Positions 37,554 to 47,100 of a DNA stretch of 64,000 nucleotides are shown here, piece after piece. Origin of the DNA: Anaerolineae bacterium (lineage in GTDB: Bacteria; Chloroflexota; Anaerolineae; Epilineales; JAHCIE01); contig DAOUDG010000057.1 of assembly GCA_034431435.1 (NCBI GenBank), positions 23,955 to 87,954 on the forward strand, read 5' to 3'. The notes below the pieces were generated by a model. It ran no database searches. It saw nothing but the letters and a program-made list of their open reading frames with translations, and had not been told where the DNA came from. Positions within the stretch are counted from its first letter, which is position 1, and each line of letters opens with the position of its first letter. The position numbers and the translations under genes were made by a program.

Positions 37554-38431
37554 AGGCGCCCATCCTGCGTATCCTGACCTATAATATCAAGGCTGGGCGC
37601 TACCACCCCGATGGCCTGGAAGCCGTGGCGCGCCGCATCGAGGCCATCGCCCCCGATATCGTGGCGTTGCAGGAGGTGGACCGGGGGGCGACGCGGAGCG
37701 AGGGCGTAGACCAACCCGCCTGGCTCGGCGGACGGCTCGGCCTCGTCGCGGCCTTCGGCTGCTCCTTCACTTTGCCCGACGGGGGCGAGTATGGCAACGC
37801 TCTGCTGTCGCGCTGGCCCATCGTCGCCGTCGAAACGGTGGCGCTGCCTCACCTTGCCGATGATGCGCGGCCCTGGCTGCGCTGGCTGCGCCCCGGTCTG
37901 CGACCGATCCGCGAATCGGATCGAGCCTGGCGCCTGGCCGGTCAGCTGCGTATCGCATCCACCCTGCGGCGCTTCTACCCCTGGCGCGAGCCGAGGACCA
38001 TCCTGCACGCGAAGGTCGAGAGTCCCTGGGGACCGTTGACTGTGCTCGTGACTCACTGGGGCTTGCAGGCCGCCGAACGCGCGGCTCAGGCTGCGGCGAC
38101 GTTGGCGCTGGCTGACGGGGTGCGGGATCCACTGGTCCTGGCGGGCGATTTCAACGCGGGGCCAGAGAGCGCGGAGATTCAGTATCTGCGGACGCGGCTG
38201 GTGGACGTGGCCCAGGCCGTGAGGCTGACAGGGGAGGCCCGACTCACCTTTCCATCGGGACCCAGGGGCGCACGCACTGCCGACGGCTGGACAGGGGCTA
38301 TCGACTACGTGTTCACACGCGGCCTGACACCCGTCGCGGCCGAGGTGATCGCCGATGCCACGCGCGCGTCGGATCACCAACCCTTGCTCGCCGAACTGAG
38401 GCTGACGCATGACGAGGATTCTGATCATTGA
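37550..38431 (+). CDS. Endonuclease/exonuclease/phosphatase family protein
   Basis: LTYNI, LQEVD, GNALLSR, GDFN, IDYVF, SDH. Confidence 0.9.
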   Translation: MKAPILRILTYNIKAGRYHPDGLEAVARRIEAIAPDIVALQEVDRGATRSEGVDQPAWLGGRLGLVAAFGCSFTLPDGGEYGNALLSRWPIVAVETVALPHLADDARPWLRWLRPGLRPIRESDRAWRLAGQLRIASTLRRFYPWREPRTILHAKVESPWGPLTVLVTHWGLQAAERAAQAAATLALADGVRDPLVLAGDFNAGPESAEIQYLRTRLVDVAQAVRLTGEARLTFPSGPRGARTADGWTGAIDYVFTRGLTPVAAEVIADATRASDHQPLLAELRLTHDEDSDH

Positions 38432-39083
38432 GGATGATGTTATCATTCAGCAGGCGCTGGGCATCAACCTGCGCCGAGAAGGATACGATGTGACGGCGGC
38501 CTACGATGGCGCGGCCGGTCTGCACCTGGCGCGGGAGCAACGCCCGGATCTTGTGATTCTAGACCTGATGCTGCCCAAGCTGGATGGCCTGTCGGTGGCG
38601 CGGGCGATCCGGCAGGAGGGGGACACGCCCATCATCATGCTGACCGCCCGCGGGGGTGAGGTGGACCGCATTGTAGGCCTGGAGAGTGGGGCCGACGATT
38701 ACGTGACCAAGCCGTTTAGCTCAGGCGAGTTGCTGGCCCGCGTGCGAGCGGTCCTGCGCCGCGCGCCCAGGCGGGCGGTGGTGAAGCTGGAGTCGGGTGA
38801 CCTGAGTCTGGACCTGATTCGACGGCGCGCCACGCTACGCGGTGCGGAGTTGACTCTCCGCCACAAGGAGTTCAACCTGCTTGCCGAGCTGATGCGTAAC
38901 CAGGGTGTAGTGCTGTCGCGCGACCTGCTCATGGAACGGGTGTGGGGCTACGACTACGATGGCGACACGAGCCGCACGGTCGACGTCCATATTCGCTGGC
39001 TGCGTGAGAAGATCGAGGCGGACCCCTCCGACCCGCAGCGTATTCAGACCGTGCGTGGCATTGGTTATCGGTTCGAAGGCTGA
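38409..39083 (+). CDS. OmpR-family response regulator (PhoB/PhoP-like)
   Basis: Receiver domain with LDLMLP and ADDYVTKPF, a winged helix, and adjacency to pstSCAB-phoU. Confidence 0.9.
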   Translation: MTRILIIEDDVIIQQALGINLRREGYDVTAAYDGAAGLHLAREQRPDLVILDLMLPKLDGLSVARAIRQEGDTPIIMLTARGGEVDRIVGLESGADDYVTKPFSSGELLARVRAVLRRAPRRAVVKLESGDLSLDLIRRRATLRGAELTLRHKEFNLLAELMRNQGVVLSRDLLMERVWGYDYDGDTSRTVDVHIRWLREKIEADPSDPQRIQTVRGIGYRFEG

Positions 39084-39088
39084 CGCGG

Positions 39089-40246
39089 ATGCAGTGGGCA
39101 TGGCTCGCCGTGGCAGTCGCCATCGTTGCCGCCGTCGTCGCGGCCCAGATGGTGCGCCAGGGTCGGCGGCGCGCCGAGGCCGCCGAGCGCGAGGTGGTAC
39201 GCCTTCAGCGCGAGCGGGATGCCCTCACGCGCCGCGTGGGGGAGCTGGGGCAGCAAGTGTCGGGATTCGGCGGCGCGACGTACGACGCCCTGCTGGCCGT
39301 TGACGCGCGCCGTCGCATTATCGCAATGAACGCCCTGGCCGCGGCGACCTTTGGCGGCGCCCACGGCCAGGCATTGATTGAGGTCGTGCGGGATGCCGAC
39401 CTGAATGCGGCCGTCGCCGAGACGCTGGCCGATGGTCACGACCGCGACTTGAGCGTGGCGTCGAACGGGCGGCTGTTCAGCGTTCATATTGTTGCCAGCT
39501 CTCCTGGGGCGGCCATTGCCTTTCAGGACGCGACGGAGCTGAGCCGCTTGCAGCGGGCGCGGCGCGACTTTGTCGCTAATATCTCCCACGAGCTGCGCAC
39601 TCCCCTAACCTCGATTGGCCTGCTGTGCGACGCCCTGAGCGCGACGATTAGCGATCGGGATATCGCGCCACTGGTCGCGACGATTTCCGGCGAGGTTGAT
39701 GCAATGACGCGGCTGGTGAATGATATGCTCGATCTCACCCAGATCGAGGACGGCCGCCTGCCGCTACGCCTGGCGGAGTGCGACGCCCTCGACCTGATTG
39801 AGACGGCCGTGGCGCGCCTGCGGCCCCAGGCCGAGCAGAAGAACATCGAATTCGTGATGGCCGTCGCACCGGACGTGCGGGTTCTGGCAGACGAAGACAA
39901 GATTGGGCGGGTATTGACCAACCTGCTGGACAATGCCGTGAAGTTTTCGCCCACTAGCGGCGCGATAATCGTTCGATGCCAGCCGGCCGGCTCACCCCCG
40001 CCCGATGGCGGCGATGTGCTGTTTTCGGTCACGGATGAAGGGCCGGGAATCGCAGCGAGCGACCTGCCGCGCGTGTTCGAGCGCTTCTTCAAGAGTGACC
40101 GTGCCCGCGAGCGTTCCCATCGCGTGGGAGCCGGGCTAGGCCTGGCGATTGCTCGCCACCTGGTCGAGGCGCACGAGGGTCGCATGTGGGCAACCAGCCA
40201 CGAAGGCCAGGGCGCGACGTTCTATTTCACCTTGCCTGCCGCATGA
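39089..40246 (+). CDS. Sensor histidine kinase (PhoR-like)
   Basis: N-terminal TM, H-box SHELRTPL, N-box NLLDNAVKF, FERFFK, GAGLGLAI. Confidence 0.92.
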   Translation: MQWAWLAVAVAIVAAVVAAQMVRQGRRRAEAAEREVVRLQRERDALTRRVGELGQQVSGFGGATYDALLAVDARRRIIAMNALAAATFGGAHGQALIEVVRDADLNAAVAETLADGHDRDLSVASNGRLFSVHIVASSPGAAIAFQDATELSRLQRARRDFVANISHELRTPLTSIGLLCDALSATISDRDIAPLVATISGEVDAMTRLVNDMLDLTQIEDGRLPLRLAECDALDLIETAVARLRPQAEQKNIEFVMAVAPDVRVLADEDKIGRVLTNLLDNAVKFSPTSGAIIVRCQPAGSPPPDGGDVLFSVTDEGPGIAASDLPRVFERFFKSDRARERSHRVGAGLGLAIARHLVEAHEGRMWATSHEGQGATFYFTLPAA

Positions 40247-40264
40247 GGCGACGAGATGACCAAC

Positions 40265-40324
40265 GTTAACCGGGCTTAATAGATATTTAGCATGGACCTA
40301 ACACAGCCTTAAACACAGCTTAAC
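40265..40324 (+). promoter_or_regulatory. Pho-box-like array of six direct repeats with about 11-bp period
   Basis: gttaac 40265, cttaat 40275, tttagc 40286, cctaac 40297, cttaaa 40308, cttaac 40319. It resembles the YTTAAYY Pho box of cyanobacterial SphR and lies upstream of the pst operon. Confidence 0.72.
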
Positions 40325-40444
40325 TGGATAGTCCCATATTGGAGGTGAGGCAAGTCGTGCAAGCGCGGTCTCACCTCCTCTGCTGCCCAGGGTGGGTCCG
40401 CCGCCGCTTTCCCTGGGCGCTTTCGCGAGTCTGTGAGGCGACGC

Positions 40445-40681
40445 ATGGCGACAATGTTGGCTGATCTCGATAATGGTACCGCAATCAAGACGGCGCTGGC
40501 AGAAGGGTGGGCTGTGGAACCGCCCGTGTACGCCATGACCGATGCACTGCGCCGGGACCGCCGGGTTCTGCAATTCATCCTGTGGCGTGATGGCCGCCCG
40601 CGGGTCGTGACGGTTGATGATACGCCAGGGGTACGGGACTGGATAGCTGACCAGCGCTGGGCTGTCGTCGTCTTGCGCTAA
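40445..40681 (+). CDS. Small hypothetical protein (about 78 aa) upstream of pstS
   Basis: The ORF fills the gap between the Pho boxes and pstS and has a globular-looking sequence. The start may be 40433, 40445 or 40454. Confidence 0.6.
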   Translation: MATMLADLDNGTAIKTALAEGWAVEPPVYAMTDALRRDRRVLQFILWRDGRPRVVTVDDTPGVRDWIADQRWAVVVLR

Positions 40682-40765
40682 CATGGGGCGACGCCAGACT
40701 GCAAGGGAGCGGTTGGCGCCGTCGACTGAAAGATTCTGCTCGCCGATGGAGAGGAGACAGGCTCC

Positions 40766-41983
40766 GTGCCCAAGAATCTGAATCGTGCGCTGGCTATGCT
40801 GGCGGCCATTCTGGTGACGCTCGTGGTAGCCGCCTGCGGTCAGCCCAGCGCCGCCACACAGCAAGCCGCGCCCACGGCCGCCGCGAGCGGTAAGGCCGCG
40901 GCGCCCACGGCCGCGCCGGCGGCGACATCGGCGCCGGCCACGGGTGGCGCAGCGCCGAGTGGCGACTGCGACTATAACGCCAGGGTCGCCGGGCCTCTCG
41001 CCGGCGAAGCCAACGCCCTCACTGGCGCGGGCGCCACCTTTCCTCAGCCCCTCTACACCCGCTGGTTCAGCGACTACAATAAGCTTACCAGTGTCAAGGT
41101 CAACTATCAGGGCGTCGGCTCCGGCGCGGGCATCAAGCAGATCACCGAGAAGACCGTGGACTTCGGGGCGAGTGACGCGCCTATGACCGACGCTCAGCTC
41201 AAGGCAGCGCCGGGTATCCTGCATATCCCAACGGCCATGGGCGCGGTGGTCGTGACCTACAACCTGCCGAGTCTCACCCAGCCCCTGAACCTGTCGGGCG
41301 AGACCGTAGGCGGCATCTACCTGGGCGACATCAGAAAGTGGAACGACCCCAAGATTGTGGCCGAGAACCCTGGCGCCACGCTGCCTGACCAGAATATCGT
41401 AACCATCCGTCGCTCGGACGGATCGGGCACTAGCAAAGCCTTCACCTCATGGCTGGCCGCCACCAACCCAGCCTGGAAGGAGAAAGTCGGCGCGGGCACG
41501 ACGGTCAACTGGCCGACCGGTCTCGGCGCGCAGGGGAATGCGGGTGTGGCTGGTGAAGTCAAGAACAATCCCGGCTTCATCGGCTATGTCGAGCAGATCT
41601 ACGCCGAGCAGAACAAGATGGCGATGGCGAGCATCAAGAACCAGGCAGGCAAGTTTGTCAAGCCTTCCCTGGAAGGCGTCACCGCGGCAGCGGCGAATTC
41701 CATCAAGACCATCCCGTCCGATCTGCGCTTCTCCATGATTGATGCCCCCGGTGATGCGTCGTACCCTATCTCCACACCGACCTGGCTACTGGCCTATCAG
41801 AATCAGACTGATGCGCCAGAGGCCCAGGCCATGGCGCGCGCCATGTGGTGGGGGCTGACCGACGGCCAGAAGGTAGCAACCGAGTTGGGCTACGCAGCCC
41901 TACCGCCCGAGCTGGCGAAGCTGGCCCTGGATAAGGTGTGCAGTATTCAGGTGAACGGCGGCCGGGCTTTCCCTGGCAAGTGA
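40766..41983 (+). CDS. pstS: Phosphate ABC transporter substrate-binding lipoprotein
   Basis: Lipobox VAAC, GAGATFPQPLY, YQGVGSGAGI, DFGASDAP, RRSDGSGT, IGYVE, YPIS. Confidence 0.96.
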   Translation: MPKNLNRALAMLAAILVTLVVAACGQPSAATQQAAPTAAASGKAAAPTAAPAATSAPATGGAAPSGDCDYNARVAGPLAGEANALTGAGATFPQPLYTRWFSDYNKLTSVKVNYQGVGSGAGIKQITEKTVDFGASDAPMTDAQLKAAPGILHIPTAMGAVVVTYNLPSLTQPLNLSGETVGGIYLGDIRKWNDPKIVAENPGATLPDQNIVTIRRSDGSGTSKAFTSWLAATNPAWKEKVGAGTTVNWPTGLGAQGNAGVAGEVKNNPGFIGYVEQIYAEQNKMAMASIKNQAGKFVKPSLEGVTAAAANSIKTIPSDLRFSMIDAPGDASYPISTPTWLLAYQNQTDAPEAQAMARAMWWGLTDGQKVATELGYAALPPELAKLALDKVCSIQVNGGRAFPGK

Positions 41984-41991
41984 GAGACGCT

Positions 41992-42987
41992 ATGGCTATG
42001 CTCGAGCAAACCAAGCCGCCCGCGCGGGTGTCGCTGTCCACCGGTCGCCGAGGTATGAACCTCGGCGACCGGGTGTTCCTGGGTGGGACAACCGCGCTCG
42101 GTATCCTGGCCGTCTTGATTCTGGTGTTCCTCGCTCTGTATCTGATGAAGGACTCGTGGCCCGCCTGGCAGGAATTCGGCCTGGCCTTCATTTGGCATAC
42201 CAGGTGGGACCCTGTCAATGAGGTGTTTGGGGCAGGGCTATTCCTGTGGGGTACGCTGGTGACGTCCACAATCGCTGTCCTGTTAGCGACGCCCTTTGGC
42301 ATCGGCGCAGCTATCTTCCTGGTGGAGTACGCTGGCCCGCGCATCGCCTCGCCGGTCGCCTTCATTGTCGAGTTGCTGGCCGCGATTCCCAGCGTCATCT
42401 TCGGCCTGTGGGGCCTGTACGTGATGGCGCCTGTGATGCGCAACACCGTCGAACCCTTTCTGCAGAATACCCTGGGGCGGCTGCCCATCATCGGGGCCTT
42501 GTTCACAGGGCCGACCATTGGCCGCGACTATCTGACTGCTGGCACGATCCTGGCGATCATGATCTTGCCGACGGTCATGGCGGTCTCGCGGGAGATCATT
42601 CGCTCAGTGCCTGATACGCAGCGCGAGGGGATGTTAGGGCTGGGCGCGACGCGCTTCGAGGTCATCAGGCACGCCGTGTTGCCCTACGCGCGGTCGGGCC
42701 TTGTTGGCGCGATTATCCTCGGCCTGGCGCGCGCGCTCGGCGAGACGATGGCTGTTACCATGACCATCGGCAATAGCGCGCAGCAGATCAGCCCGTCGCT
42801 GTTCACGCCGGGCTACACTCTGGCGTCGGGCATCGCTAACCAGTTCAACGAGGCGGCCACGCCGCTGTACTTTGGCTCACTCATGGCGCTGGCTCTGGTG
42901 CTCATCGGTATCTCGCTGATCACCAATGCCATCGCTCGCATCTTTGTCCGCCGCGTGGCGTCTGGCCCAGCGGGCGCGGTGGTGTAG
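41992..42987 (+). CDS. pstC: Phosphate ABC transporter permease
   Basis: GTLVTS, ELLAAIPSVIFGLWGL, GLARALGETMAV, TLASGIANQF. Confidence 0.95.
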   Translation: MAMLEQTKPPARVSLSTGRRGMNLGDRVFLGGTTALGILAVLILVFLALYLMKDSWPAWQEFGLAFIWHTRWDPVNEVFGAGLFLWGTLVTSTIAVLLATPFGIGAAIFLVEYAGPRIASPVAFIVELLAAIPSVIFGLWGLYVMAPVMRNTVEPFLQNTLGRLPIIGALFTGPTIGRDYLTAGTILAIMILPTVMAVSREIIRSVPDTQREGMLGLGATRFEVIRHAVLPYARSGLVGAIILGLARALGETMAVTMTIGNSAQQISPSLFTPGYTLASGIANQFNEAATPLYFGSLMALALVLIGISLITNAIARIFVRRVASGPAGAVV

Positions 42988-43023
42988 GCGTGGCCAGCCG
43001 GCCGACAGGGAGAGGACACTAGC

Positions 43024-43926
43024 ATGCAAGCTACCGCTTCGCCGCCCCGCTCGCTCCTCAAGTCCGACGAGCGCGGGACGCTGATCCAGCGGCGCGAGGT
43101 CTACGACAAGCTGTTCGGGGCGGCCGTAACCGTCGCCGCGTTCATGGGCGTCGCGATTCTGTTCATCATCATGGGCTACATCATCGTGCGCGGCTTACCG
43201 GCCATCAACCTGGAGTTCTTCATCGGCCATACGGAGCCGGTGGGCGCGGAGGCGCAGGGGGGCGTGGGGAACGCCATTGTCGGCACGCTGATGATGCTGG
43301 GTGTGGCCGTGCTGTTGGGCATTCCCATCGGCATCGGCACGGCCATCTTCCTGGCGGAGTACGGTCGCGGCCGCGTCGCCGACGTCGTGCGCTTCGCCAT
43401 CGAGACGCTGGCGGGCGTGCCGTCCATTGTCATGGGCGCTTTCATCTGGGCCTGGTTGGTCGAGACCGTCATGGGCAACTACTCGGGACTGGCGGGCGGC
43501 GTCGCACTGGGCATTCTCATGATCCCCATCGTGGCGCGCACGGCCGAGGAGGTGTTGCGCCTGGTGCCTGACAGCCTGCGCGAGGCATCGCTGGCGCTGG
43601 GGTTGCCGTACTGGAAGACGGTGACTCACATCGTCGTGCCGACGGCCCGCGCGGGCCTGGTGACGGCTACCGTGCTGGCGGTGGCGCGAGCGGGCGGCGA
43701 GACAGCGCCGTTGCTCATGACCGCCCTGGGCAACGACTTCTACAACTTCGACCTGAGGGAGCCGATGGCGGCGCTGCCTCTCACCATCTACAAGTACGCC
43801 CTCAGCCCCTACGAAGAGTGGCATCAGCAGGCATGGGGCGCGGCGCTGGTGCTCGTCGTCGTTATCGGCGGGCTTAGCCTGCTCACGCGCTTCGTTGTGG
43901 CGCGCTCCAGCCGCCACCTGACCTAG
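43024..43926 (+). CDS. pstA: Phosphate ABC transporter permease
   Basis: GGVGNAIVGT, LAGVPSIVMG, REASLALG, ARAGGETAPLL. Confidence 0.95.
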   Translation: MQATASPPRSLLKSDERGTLIQRREVYDKLFGAAVTVAAFMGVAILFIIMGYIIVRGLPAINLEFFIGHTEPVGAEAQGGVGNAIVGTLMMLGVAVLLGIPIGIGTAIFLAEYGRGRVADVVRFAIETLAGVPSIVMGAFIWAWLVETVMGNYSGLAGGVALGILMIPIVARTAEEVLRLVPDSLREASLALGLPYWKTVTHIVVPTARAGLVTATVLAVARAGGETAPLLMTALGNDFYNFDLREPMAALPLTIYKYALSPYEEWHQQAWGAALVLVVVIGGLSLLTRFVVARSSRHLT

Positions 43927-44004
43927 AGGCTGAGGCTGACGCCGACCGCCGCGTGACCTGGCCAGGCATCGGCCACCTCGGCTAGTGCAAGGAAAGTATC
44001 AATC

Positions 44005-44829
44005 ATGGAACTCAGCCGTCCCGAGGTCATCGACCGAATGCATCCGGTAGTCACCGAGGGACACACCATGGAAGCCAGAAATGTGTCCGCGCTGTACGGC
44101 TCGAAGATGGCCATCGAGAACGTCAGCATGCCGTTCCTGGCGAACCGCGTGACTGCTCTCATCGGCCCGTCGGGCTGTGGCAAATCGACCCTCATCCGCA
44201 CTCTCAACCGCATGCACGAAGTGGTGCGGGGCGCATCGGTCAAGGGCGAGATTCTACTCGACGGTCAGAACATCTACGATCCCGCCGTCGATCCCGTCCA
44301 GGTGCGGCGGCTGGTGGGCATGGTCTTCCAGAAGCCGAACCCCTTTCCCATGATGTCGGTCTATGACAACGTTGTGTCTGGTCTCAAGCTGGCGGGCGTG
44401 CGCGACAGGCAGGCGCTGGACGAGACGGCCGAGCGCTGCCTGCGCCAGGCGGCCCTGTGGGACGACGTCAAGGACAAGCTAAACGCCTCAGGCGCGGCCC
44501 TGTCCGGCGGCCAGCAGCAGCGGCTATGCATCGCCCGCACCCTGGCCGTCGAGCCGGAGGTGATTCTGATGGACGAGCCGGCGTCGGCGCTCGACCCGAT
44601 CTCGACTCTCAAGATCGAAGACCTGATGCAAGACCTGCGCGAGAAGTACACCATTGTCATCGTCACCCACAACATGCAGCAGGCGGCGCGGGTCTCTGAC
44701 TTCACGGCTTTTCTGCTGGCGGGTGACGATCGAATTGGGCGGCTGGTTGAGTATGGTCCGACTAAGCAGTTGTTCACTAATCCAGGCGACAGGAAGACGG
44801 AGGACTACATCACAGGGCGGTTCGGTTGA
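44005..44829 (+). CDS. pstB: Phosphate ABC transporter ATP-binding protein
   Basis: [52 protein letters not shown]. Confidence 0.97.
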   Translation: MELSRPEVIDRMHPVVTEGHTMEARNVSALYGSKMAIENVSMPFLANRVTALIGPSGCGKSTLIRTLNRMHEVVRGASVKGEILLDGQNIYDPAVDPVQVRRLVGMVFQKPNPFPMMSVYDNVVSGLKLAGVRDRQALDETAERCLRQAALWDDVKDKLNASGAALSGGQQQRLCIARTLAVEPEVILMDEPASALDPISTLKIEDLMQDLREKYTIVIVTHNMQQAARVSDFTAFLLAGDDRIGRLVEYGPTKQLFTNPGDRKTEDYITGRFG

Positions 44830-44863
44830 TGGTCTATGCCGCCGCCCAGCAAGGAAGTCCGTC

Positions 44864-45541
44864 ATGACCCAACGGACTGTTCTCACCCGTGAGTTGCGCG
44901 AGATTCGCGCCCAATTGCTGGAGCTGGCCAGCCTGGCCGAGCGCGCTGTGCAGCGGGCGTTGGATGCGCTGGTCACGCGCGATTTCGATCTGGCCCAACA
45001 AGTGATCGATGACGACGGCAGCATCGATAGGTTGCGCCTGGACATCGAGCAGCGCTGCTATGAGCTGATGGCGACCCAGCAGCCCGCCGCCAGTGACCTG
45101 CGTGAGGTGATAACAACGCTGAGCCTGGCGACGGAATTGGAGCGCATCGCCGACTACGCCAAGGGCATCGCCCGCCTCACCCAGCGCCTCATCCATGCGC
45201 CTGTGCCGTCCGACCTCGTCGGTCTGCCGGAAATGGGCCGCCAGGTGCGCCGTATCTTGCGTGGTAGCCTCGACGCCTACGTCGAACGCGACCCGGACAT
45301 GGCGCACGCCGTTGTCGTCCAGGATCAGCCCATCGACCGCCGCTATCAGTCTATCTTTCACCAGTTACTCGACTTCATGGGCGACGACGCGGCCACGCGC
45401 ACGTCCGGTACCTACTTGCTATGGATCGCCCACAACCTGGAGCGCATCGCCGACCGCGCCACGAATATCGCTGAGCGGGTCGTCTTCCTGACCACGGGAA
45501 CCTTTGTCGAGCTAGACACCCACGCCGAGGCGCTGGACTGA
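44864..45541 (+). CDS. phoU: Phosphate signalling protein PhoU
   Basis: QQPAASDLR, ELERIADYA, NLERIADRATNIAE. Confidence 0.95.
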   Translation: MTQRTVLTRELREIRAQLLELASLAERAVQRALDALVTRDFDLAQQVIDDDGSIDRLRLDIEQRCYELMATQQPAASDLREVITTLSLATELERIADYAKGIARLTQRLIHAPVPSDLVGLPEMGRQVRRILRGSLDAYVERDPDMAHAVVVQDQPIDRRYQSIFHQLLDFMGDDAATRTSGTYLLWIAHNLERIADRATNIAERVVFLTTGTFVELDTHAEALD

Positions 45542-45611
45542 GCGGCGCGTTGGCTGCCTCCAGACCCTGGAAGCCTCCGAGACCGCCAGGGTGTGCTGAT
45601 CTTGCCGGGTT

Positions 45612-45640
45612 TTGACCTGCCCCGTACTCTGTGGTAATAT
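45612..45640 (+). promoter_or_regulatory. sigma70-type promoter TTGACC-N17-TAATAT (extended TG)
   Basis: Hexamers at 45612-45617 and 45635-45640, upstream of the nucleobase catabolic operon. Confidence 0.55.
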
Positions 45641-45735
45641 CCGGCAGTCGCAACGCCGTGCGCAGTCCCAAGCGCCGCCTCTGGGCAATGACGCCCGTCC
45701 CTTCGGCCCGGCGAACCCCTCGCGGCGGAGACAGC

Positions 45736-47100
45736 ATGTCCAGTCTTCTCGTACGCAACGCAACCCTGCTGGTCACCCTGGATGATGGCCGCCGCCGCAT
45801 TCCCGACGGCGGGCTTTTTGTGCAGGATAATGTCATCCAGACCGTTGGCCCCACGGCCGACCTGCCCACCACCGCCGACCACGTCATTGACGCGCGGGGC
45901 CAGCTTGTCCTCCCCGGCCTCGTCAACACCCATCACCACCTCTACCAGACACTTACTCGCGCTGTGCCCGCTGCCCAGGACGCCAACCTGTTTGGCTGGC
46001 TCAAAACGCTGTATCCGGTGTGGGCTGAGATGGATGCCGAGGCTGTCTATGTCAGCGCGGCCGTGGGCCTGTCCGAACTGCTCCTGTCGGGCTGTACGAC
46101 GGCCGCTGATCACCTGTACCTGTTTCCCAACGGGGCGCGCCTCGACGACGAGATTGCCGCGGCCCGCGAGCTGGGTATCCGTTTCCATCCCACGCGGGGC
46201 AGCATGTCGCTGGGCGAATCCCAGGGGGGCTTGCCGCCAGATCGGGTGACAGAGCGCGAGGATGCCATTCTGCGGGATTGCGTGCGTGTCATCGAGGCCT
46301 ACCACGATCCCCGGCCTTACTCCATGCTGCGCGTCTCCGTTGCGCCCTGTTCACCTTTTTCGGTGACGCCCGACCTGATGCGGGAGAGTCGCGCCCTGGC
46401 TGACGAGTACGGCGTGCATATGCACACCCACATGGCCGAGACCCGCGACGAGGAAGACTTCTGCCTGGCCCACTTCGGCATGCGGCCGGTAGATTACGCC
46501 GAGAGCCTGGGTTGGGTTGGCGACGATGTGTGGTGGGCGCACGCCGTCCACGTCAGCGAGGCCGAGATTGCGCGCATGGCCCGTACTCGTACCGGTGTCG
46601 CTCACTGCCCTTCGTCCAACATGCGTCTGGCGTCGGGCATCGCGCCCGTCGTGCAATACATGCGCGCGGGTGTGCCTGTGGGCCTGGGGGTCGATGGCTC
46701 GGCAAGCAACGACTCATCCCACATGCTGACCGAGGCGCGAATGGCGCTCTTGCTGCAGCGTGTGGGCGGCGACCCGGGCGCCCTTACCGCCGAGCAGGCC
46801 CTCTGGCTGGCAACGCGGGGTGGGGCTGAGGTGCTGGGACGCGACGACATCGGCTACCTGGCGCCCGGTATGGCGGCCGACTTCATCGGTATCAACCTGG
46901 ATACGCTGGACTTCGCGGGCGCGTGGGTCCACGATCCGCTGGCCGCCGTCGTGTTCTGCCGCCCGCCGAACGTGGACTGGTCGGTAGTCAATGGGCGCAT
47001 CGTTGTCGAAGATGGACGAGTCACGACCCTCGACTTGCTGCGCCTTATGAGGCGACATAACGAGATCGCGCGGCGTATGGTAGAGCGGGCGGGCGTATGA
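45736..47100 (+). CDS. Amidohydrolase, 8-oxoguanine deaminase-like
   Basis: GLVNTHHHLYQTLTR, RFHPTRGSMSLGES.GGLPPD, HTHMAET, HCPSSNMRLASG, GVDGSASND. Confidence 0.88.
   Translation: MSSLLVRNATLLVTLDDGRRRIPDGGLFVQDNVIQTVGPTADLPTTADHVIDARGQLVLPGLVNTHHHLYQTLTRAVPAAQDANLFGWLKTLYPVWAEMDAEAVYVSAAVGLSELLLSGCTTAADHLYLFPNGARLDDEIAAARELGIRFHPTRGSMSLGESQGGLPPDRVTEREDAILRDCVRVIEAYHDPRPYSMLRVSVAPCSPFSVTPDLMRESRALADEYGVHMHTHMAETRDEEDFCLAHFGMRPVDYAESLGWVGDDVWWAHAVHVSEAEIARMARTRTGVAHCPSSNMRLASGIAPVVQYMRAGVPVGLGVDGSASNDSSHMLTEARMALLLQRVGGDPGALTAEQALWLATRGGAEVLGRDDIGYLAPGMAADFIGINLDTLDFAGAWVHDPLAAVVFCRPPNVDWSVVNGRIVVEDGRVTTLDLLRLMRRHNEIARRMVERAGV

Noticed and set aside
45641-45735. Possible purine or xanthine riboswitch ahead of the nucleobase operon
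   Set aside because: It shows no purine-riboswitch or NMT1 consensus, only a loose gcc..ctgggca resemblance that is not enough for a call.
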